A stretch of 64,000 nucleotides of DNA from contig DMYD01000042.1 in assembly GCA_003483745.1 (NCBI GenBank), forward strand, positions 101,212 to 165,211, written 5' to 3'. Below the pieces are notes generated by a model that saw only the letters and a program-made list of their open reading frames with translations, made no database searches and was not told the DNA's origin. The stretch comes from Roseburia sp. Lineage in GTDB: Bacteria > Bacillota > Clostridia > Lachnospirales > Lachnospiraceae. Within the stretch, counting starts at the first letter, position 1. Every line of letters starts with the position of its first letter. A program made the position numbers and the translations under genes. This document shows positions 58,882 to 64,000 of the stretch, piece after piece.

Positions 58882-60126
58882 ATGTGGAAAAGACTGCTGG
58901 CTTGGATTCTTGTCACGGCAATTTTATCGGGAAATAGTATGCAGAATGTGGAAGCTTACTGTGAAAGACAGAATGTTTGGATGAAAGAAGCGGAAAGTGA
59001 ACTGGATCAAAATGCATTATATGCAAAATCAGCAGTGCTCATGGATGCAGATTCCGGACGGATTCTGTATGAAAAAAACGGGCATCAGGCGATGGCAAAT
59101 GCAAGCACAACAAAAATACTGACCTGTATCATTGCATTGGAAAACTGTGATTTAGACAGCGAAGTTTCTGTAAGCGCACTTGCTGCGTCACAGCCGAAAG
59201 TCCATCTTGGAATGCGCGAGGGGCAGCGCTTTTATCTGAAAGATCTGTTGTATGGGCTGATGTTAGAATCTTATAATGACTGTGCTGTGGCAATCGCAGA
59301 ACACATTGCAGGATCAACAGGTGATTTTGCGGAACTTATGAACGATAAGGCAAAAGAGATTGGCTGTCAGGACAGCTATTTTATCACACCAAACGGACTG
59401 GATGCCAAAAATGAAAAGGGGTTTCATCATACGACCGCGGCAGATCTTTCTTTGATTATGCGCTACTGTATCAAAACGTCAGAAATGGCAGAACAGTTTC
59501 TTGCAATTACACGGGAAGGACAGCATCAGTTTTGCGATATAGATGGAAAAAACAGTTATACATGCTGTAATCATAATGCATTTTTGCAAATGATGGATGG
59601 AGCGTTATCTGGCAAGACCGGGTTTACCGGAAATGCGGGATATTGTTATGTCGGGGCACTAACGCGCGATGACAGGACTTTTATTGTTGCACTGCTTGCC
59701 TGTGGGTGGCCGAATAATAAAACATATAAGTGGGCCGACACGAAGAAACTTATGCGGTATGGAATTACGCAGTTTAAAAAAATAAAACTGGATGAAATCA
59801 TACTGGATGAAAAAGAAAATGCCCCGGTGCGGGTAATCGGCGGACAGAGTGGGAAAATCGGTGGAAAAATATCGACAGAGCTGGAAATTGCCCCGATAGA
59901 AGGACAGACGGAACTTCTGATCGGAAATGAGCAGGAAGTACAGGTAAAGTATGAATTGTCCGCAAAACTTTATGCGCCGGTTACAGAAGGGGATTTTGCC
60001 GGTGAGATTACGTATCTGCTGGGAGACGAGGTGCTGGCAAAACGTGTGGTAACGGTTAAGAATACGGTAAAAAAAATCGATTTTTGCTGGTGCATAAAAA
60101 AAACAGCGGAATTATTTCCGCTATAA
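58882..60126 (+). CDS. D-alanyl-D-alanine carboxypeptidase (S11), second copy
   Basis: A signal peptide, STTK, SYND and KTG motifs, and a C-terminal beta-sandwich domain. Confidence 0.75.
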   Translation: MWKRLLAWILVTAILSGNSMQNVEAYCERQNVWMKEAESELDQNALYAKSAVLMDADSGRILYEKNGHQAMANASTTKILTCIIALENCDLDSEVSVSALAASQPKVHLGMREGQRFYLKDLLYGLMLESYNDCAVAIAEHIAGSTGDFAELMNDKAKEIGCQDSYFITPNGLDAKNEKGFHHTTAADLSLIMRYCIKTSEMAEQFLAITREGQHQFCDIDGKNSYTCCNHNAFLQMMDGALSGKTGFTGNAGYCYVGALTRDDRTFIVALLACGWPNNKTYKWADTKKLMRYGITQFKKIKLDEIILDEKENAPVRVIGGQSGKIGGKISTELEIAPIEGQTELLIGNEQEVQVKYELSAKLYAPVTEGDFAGEITYLLGDEVLAKRVVTVKNTVKKIDFCWCIKKTAELFPL

Positions 60127-60180
60127 ATTACCAAAACATTTTGTATATAAAAAAAAACTGTCAAAAAATTAACAATTCTC

Positions 60181-60209
60181 TTGAAAATTTGTCGCTGACC
60201 ATCTATAAT
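60181..60209 (+). promoter_or_regulatory. Sigma-A promoter (TTGAAA-17-TATAAT) of the decarboxylase operon
   Basis: Read directly. Confidence 0.55.
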
Positions 60210-60303
60210 TTATCCTAGCGGAATTTGTTATATTTTTACATTATTCACTATGTACCATATCAAAAGATGTGGTAACAAACTTTATAGATGGAGGGCAAAA
60301 AGG

Positions 60304-61737
60304 ATGAATAGTAGTAATGATAGCTTGGCAATGCAGCGTATTACCAAGTTAGTCGATGAGAACAGTTTCATGGAAATCGGTTCTCTCGTAACCGCAAGAA
60401 ATACAGACTTTAATCTTGCAGACACAGATACACCGTCCGATGGTGTAATTACCGGACATGGTCTGGTAGATGGCAATCTGGTATTTGTATACAGCCAGAA
60501 TGCAGCCGTATTAAACGGTACGATCGGAGAGATGCATGCAAAGAAAATTGCAGCCGTATATGATATGGCGATGAAAATGGGAGCACCGGTGATCGGTTTT
60601 ATCGATTGTGCCGGAATGCGTTTACAGGAATCTGTCGATGCGTTAAACGGATTTGGTGAGATCTACGCAAAGGAGGTTGCAGCATCCGGCGTTGTTCCAC
60701 AGATTTCCGCTATTTTCGGAAGCTGTGGCGGTGGACTTGCAGTAGTACCTGCTTTATCTGATTTCGCATTTATGGAGAGCAAAGGAAAAATGTTTATTAA
60801 TTCCCCGAATGCGATCGAGGGTAACCGCATTGAGAAATGTGATACTTCTTCCGCAGAGTTCCAGAGCGAGAAAAACGGTTGTATCGATGCAGTTGGAACA
60901 GAGGATGAGATTATTGCAGAGATCCGTGAGCTGGTAAGCATCCTTCCTTTAAATAATGAAGGCGATGTATACACATCTGAGTGTGAGGATGATTTGAACC
61001 GTGCATGTGAGAACATGGCAGCCATGAAGGGAGATCCAAGATATTTACTCAGTGAGATCTCAGATGGACATGTTTTCGTTGAGACGAAAAAGAATTATGC
61101 AAAAGATATGGTAACCGGATTCATTCAGTTAAACGGAATGACAGTTGGTGCTGTTGCAAACTGCTCAGAAGTTTATGATGAAGAAGGTAAAAAGGCTGAG
61201 GAGTTCTCCGGAGCTTTGACAGCAAGAGGATGCAACAAGGCAGCAGAGTTTGTGAACTTCTGTGACGCATTTGAAATTCCGGTATTATCCTTAACCAATG
61301 TAAAAGGATATGCAGCTACTGTCTGTGCAGAGAAAGGACTTGCAAAAGCACTTGCACGCATGACAATGGCATTTGCTGATGCAACCTGCCCGAAAGTAAA
61401 CCTGATCACTGGAAATGCGATCGGAAGCGCTTATGTGACAATGAACTCCAAAGCAATCGGAGCAGACTTTACATATGCATGGGAAGATGCAAAGATCGGT
61501 ATGATGGATGGCGAACTTGCAGCTAAGATCATGTACGCAGATGCATCTGCAGATGAACTTGCAGCAAAAGCAAAAGAATATGATGCATTACAGTCTAGTG
61601 TTATGACTGCAGCAAGACGCGGTTATGTAGATCTTATTATAGATCCGGCAGACACCAGAAAATACCTTGTAGATGCATTTGAATTATTATATACAAAATG
61701 TGCAGGTGTACCGGACAAAAAACATGGAACAAAATAG
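60304..61737 (+). CDS. Acyl-CoA carboxyltransferase subunit (methylmalonyl-CoA / glutaconyl-CoA decarboxylase alpha-type)
   Basis: N- and C-terminal crotonase-like carboxyltransferase domains. The start is at the ATG after GGAGGG. Confidence 0.8.
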   Translation: MNSSNDSLAMQRITKLVDENSFMEIGSLVTARNTDFNLADTDTPSDGVITGHGLVDGNLVFVYSQNAAVLNGTIGEMHAKKIAAVYDMAMKMGAPVIGFIDCAGMRLQESVDALNGFGEIYAKEVAASGVVPQISAIFGSCGGGLAVVPALSDFAFMESKGKMFINSPNAIEGNRIEKCDTSSAEFQSEKNGCIDAVGTEDEIIAEIRELVSILPLNNEGDVYTSECEDDLNRACENMAAMKGDPRYLLSEISDGHVFVETKKNYAKDMVTGFIQLNGMTVGAVANCSEVYDEEGKKAEEFSGALTARGCNKAAEFVNFCDAFEIPVLSLTNVKGYAATVCAEKGLAKALARMTMAFADATCPKVNLITGNAIGSAYVTMNSKAIGADFTYAWEDAKIGMMDGELAAKIMYADASADELAAKAKEYDALQSSVMTAARRGYVDLIIDPADTRKYLVDAFELLYTKCAGVPDKKHGTK

Positions 61738-61749
61738 AAAGGTGAAGTT

Positions 61750-62490
61750 ATGAAGAAAAAATTATCTCTTATGCTTTGTCTTTGCTTTATGGTTCTGGCA
61801 ATGACAGCATGTGGAACGGATCCTGAGAGCGTTGATTATTTTGGTATGAGTTATTCTGACATTCAGAATAATCTGGAACAGACAGTATCTGCGCTTGTTT
61901 CATTCACAGATGAAGATATTCAGAGTGGCGCAGAATATTATGATTCACAGGGAATGGACGCATTTGCTCATTTACTGACATCCTGGGGTGAAACGGTTTC
62001 TGATTTAGGCTCATATCAGGGACTTGGAGATCTTACTGTGACAAAAGCACAGAAAACTGTGACGGCAGATCAGGTTTTACATTTTTCAGACAGAGATGTA
62101 GTTGTTTCTTATGTATATGAATACAATTATGAGACAGAAGCACCGGAACTTACGGATGCAAGTGCTGATCTTGTATATTCACTTGGCGAAAAGATGGAAA
62201 AAGCCGGTATGAATACACTGATGGGAATGGGAACTGTATTCGTTGTCCTGATTCTGATCAGTCTGATCATCAGCTGCTTTAAAGTGATTCCGTATTTACA
62301 GAATAAAAAAGCAAATGCGAATGCAAAGAAAGATGAGGCAGATCCTGTTGTAGAGCAGATTGAGCAGCGTGAAGAAACAGCACAGCTTACCGATGATTTA
62401 GAACTGGTAGCAGTCATTTCCGCAGCAATCGCAGCAGCAGAAGGAACCTCAGCAGATGGATTTGTAGTACGCTCTATCCACAGAAGATAG
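61750..62490 (+). CDS. OadG-like decarboxylase membrane subunit with an N-terminal lipoprotein-like extracytoplasmic extension
   Basis: Signal peptide with a lipobox-like LAMTAC, a ~130 aa acidic domain, then the OadG-type TM TLMGMGTVFVVLILISLII and a charged C-terminal tail. Confidence 0.55.
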   Translation: MKKKLSLMLCLCFMVLAMTACGTDPESVDYFGMSYSDIQNNLEQTVSALVSFTDEDIQSGAEYYDSQGMDAFAHLLTSWGETVSDLGSYQGLGDLTVTKAQKTVTADQVLHFSDRDVVVSYVYEYNYETEAPELTDASADLVYSLGEKMEKAGMNTLMGMGTVFVVLILISLIISCFKVIPYLQNKKANANAKKDEADPVVEQIEQREETAQLTDDLELVAVISAAIAAAEGTSADGFVVRSIHRR

Positions 62491-62556
62491 ACGAAGTGGG
62501 TAAATTATAATAAATAGTATATCGCAAAAAAGAAATGATCACAGGAGGATGATTCA

Positions 62557-62928
62557 ATGAAAAGCTATACAATTACCGTAAATGGAAATGTTTATGATGT
62601 TACTGTAGAAGAAAATGGTGCAGTAAGCGCACCGGCAGCAGCTCCGAGACGTGCGGCAGCTCCGGCTCCGGCAGCAGCTCCAAAGGCAGCAGCTCCGGCA
62701 GGTGGTGCAGGCAATGTTAAGATTGAAGCAGGCGCAGCAGGAAAAGTATTTAAGATCGAGTCTTCCATAGGCGCATCTGTAAAGAAAGGTGACACAATCT
62801 TAGTTCTTGAAATCATGAAAATGGAGACACCGGTTGTTGCTACCGAAGATGGTACTGTAGCAAGCATCAACGTAAGCGTTGGTGATATGGTAGAAGCAGG
62901 TGCATTACTGGCAACTTTAAACAACTAA
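62557..62928 (+). CDS. Biotin carboxyl carrier protein subunit (biotinyl domain)
   Basis: An Ala/Pro-rich linker and the C-terminal EIMKMET biotinylation motif. Confidence 0.8.
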   Translation: MKSYTITVNGNVYDVTVEENGAVSAPAAAPRRAAAPAPAAAPKAAAPAGGAGNVKIEAGAAGKVFKIESSIGASVKKGDTILVLEIMKMETPVVATEDGTVASINVSVGDMVEAGALLATLNN

Positions 62929-62944
62929 TTTTAGGAGGATAACA

Positions 62945-64000
62945 ATGAGTTATTTTACTGAGACAATGGGCAACCTCCTTCATCAGACTGCCTTTTTCAA
63001 CCTGACATGGGGAAATTTCGTAATGATCTTAGTTGCATGTATTTTCCTGTATCTGGCTATTGCAAAAGGGTTTGAACCGTTGTTACTCGTTCCGATCGCA
63101 TTTGGTATGCTTCTGGTAAATATTTATCCGGATATCTTTGCAACTCCGGAACAGATGAGTAACGGTGTCGGTGGTTTATTCCATTATTTTTATACTTTAG
63201 ATGAATGGTCAATCCTGCCATCCCTTATTTTCCTTGGCGTTGGTGCGATGACCGATTTTGGACCTCTGATCGCAAACCCGATCAGCTTCCTTTTAGGAGC
63301 AGCAGCACAGTTTGGTATTTTCGGCGCATATTTCCTTGCAATCCTGATGGGATTCAATGATAAAGCAGCAGCAGCCGTTTCTATCATCGGTGGTGCAGAT
63401 GGTCCTACTTCCATTTTCCTTGCAGGAAAACTTGGACAGTCCGGTCTTATGGGTCCGATCGCTGTGGCAGCATACTCTTATATGGCATTGGTGCCGATCA
63501 TTCAGCCACCAATCATGAAGTTATTTACAACGAAAAAGGAACGTGCCATTAAGATGCAGAATTTACGTCCGGTATCCAAACTTGAGAAAATCTTATTCCC
63601 AATCGTGGTAACCGTTGTCGTATGTCTGATCCTTCCGACTACAGCTCCACTTGTTGGTATGTTAATGCTCGGTAACCTGTTCCGTGAGTGTGGTGTGGTT
63701 CGTCAGTTATCTGAGACAGCATCTAACGCATTAATGTACATCGTTGTTATTTTACTTGGTACATCTGTTGGTGCATCAACAAGTGCTGAGGCATTCTTAA
63801 ATGCAACAACCTTAAAGATCGTTGCACTTGGACTCATCGCATTTATGTTTGGTACAGCAGCCGGAGTATTGTTCGGTAAATTACTCTGCTTCATTACAAA
63901 AGGCAAGATCAATCCTCTTATCGGTTCTGCCGGTGTATCTGCAGTTCCTATGGCTGCACGTGTATCACAGAAGGTTGGTGCAGAGGAAGATCCTACGAAC
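62945..64000 (+). CDS. Na+-translocating decarboxylase beta subunit (OadB/MmdB-like), 3' end outside the window
   Basis: ATG at 62945 after GGAGGATAACA. The frame is open to the window end with no stop, and the product is polytopic throughout. Confidence 0.8.
   Translation, partial: MSYFTETMGNLLHQTAFFNLTWGNFVMILVACIFLYLAIAKGFEPLLLVPIAFGMLLVNIYPDIFATPEQMSNGVGGLFHYFYTLDEWSILPSLIFLGVGAMTDFGPLIANPISFLLGAAAQFGIFGAYFLAILMGFNDKAAAAVSIIGGADGPTSIFLAGKLGQSGLMGPIAVAAYSYMALVPIIQPPIMKLFTTKKERAIKMQNLRPVSKLEKILFPIVVTVVVCLILPTTAPLVGMLMLGNLFRECGVVRQLSETASNALMYIVVILLGTSVGASTSAEAFLNATTLKIVALGLIAFMFGTAAGVLFGKLLCFITKGKINPLIGSAGVSAVPMAARVSQKVGAEEDPTN

Noticed and set aside
60130-60175. Hairpin agcggaa/ttccgct overlapping the stop codon of the second carboxypeptidase gene, preceded by an A8 run.
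   Set aside because: No U-tract follows on the + strand. The T-run orientation would only serve a minus-strand transcript, and no minus-strand gene is present. It is treated as an incidental structure.
1-64000. Searched for transposases, integrases, phage genes, toxin-antitoxin pairs, restriction-modification or other defence islands.
   Set aside because: None of the ORFs show the relevant motifs (DDE, tyrosine recombinase RxxR/HxxR...Y, methyltransferase motifs and so on). The window appears to be conserved core chromosome.

Overview
This 64 kb window looks like a core chromosomal segment of a low-GC Firmicute, most likely a Clostridia/Lachnospiraceae-type gut anaerobe. Nearly all genes are on the + strand and most starts carry strong GGAGG-type ribosome-binding sites. 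I found no transposase, integrase, cas genes or CRISPR arrays.

Conserved housekeeping blocks, in order:
- Partial GH13 glucosidase, Na/Pi-cotransporter with PhoU domain, DUF368 polyprenyl-phosphate transporter, polysaccharide deacetylase, bactofilin.
- pyrH-frr-uppS-cdsA-dxr-rseP-ispG-polC.
- pheA, a DUF815-like AAA ATPase, ppx-ppk, a Cof-type hydrolase, and a TrpH-type PHP phosphoesterase.
- infC-rpmI-rplT with an L20-type leader and attenuator; infC appears to use an AUU start codon.
- A second PHP-domain protein, an AraC regulator, galE, and a nitronate-monooxygenase/FabK-family flavoprotein.
- A triple tandem tRNA-Glu(CUC) array with its own promoter.
- rimP-nusA-ylxR-L7Ae-infB-rbfA-nrnA-truB-ribF, a C40 peptidase, and rpsO-pnp.
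- An S8 peptidase, cls, two S11 D-Ala-D-Ala carboxypeptidases, scpA-scpB, and a Na+-translocating biotin-dependent acyl-CoA decarboxylase operon (alpha, OadG-like, biotin carrier, beta; the beta gene runs off the window end).

Less ordinary elements:
1. A translationally coupled three-gene module right after the tRNA array: a small two-TM membrane protein, an HscC-like Hsp70 with a short lid, and a C-terminally membrane-anchored J-protein whose HPD motif reads HPE.
2. A divergent minus-strand pair: a DUF1538 membrane protein plus a fused tandem PII-like protein.
3. An orphan cheW-MCP pair with no cheA/cheY in the window.
4. A duplicated Shine-Dalgarno-containing repeat between rimP and nusA.
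5. A frame-shifted gene remnant upstream of rimP and an orphan 3' HTH-like fragment after galE.

All positions are 1-based coordinates within this window. Coordinates of small motifs (promoters, hairpins, repeats) were read by hand and are accurate to about +/-2 nt. CDS frames come from the ORF track, and starts were refined by ribosome-binding-site inspection.
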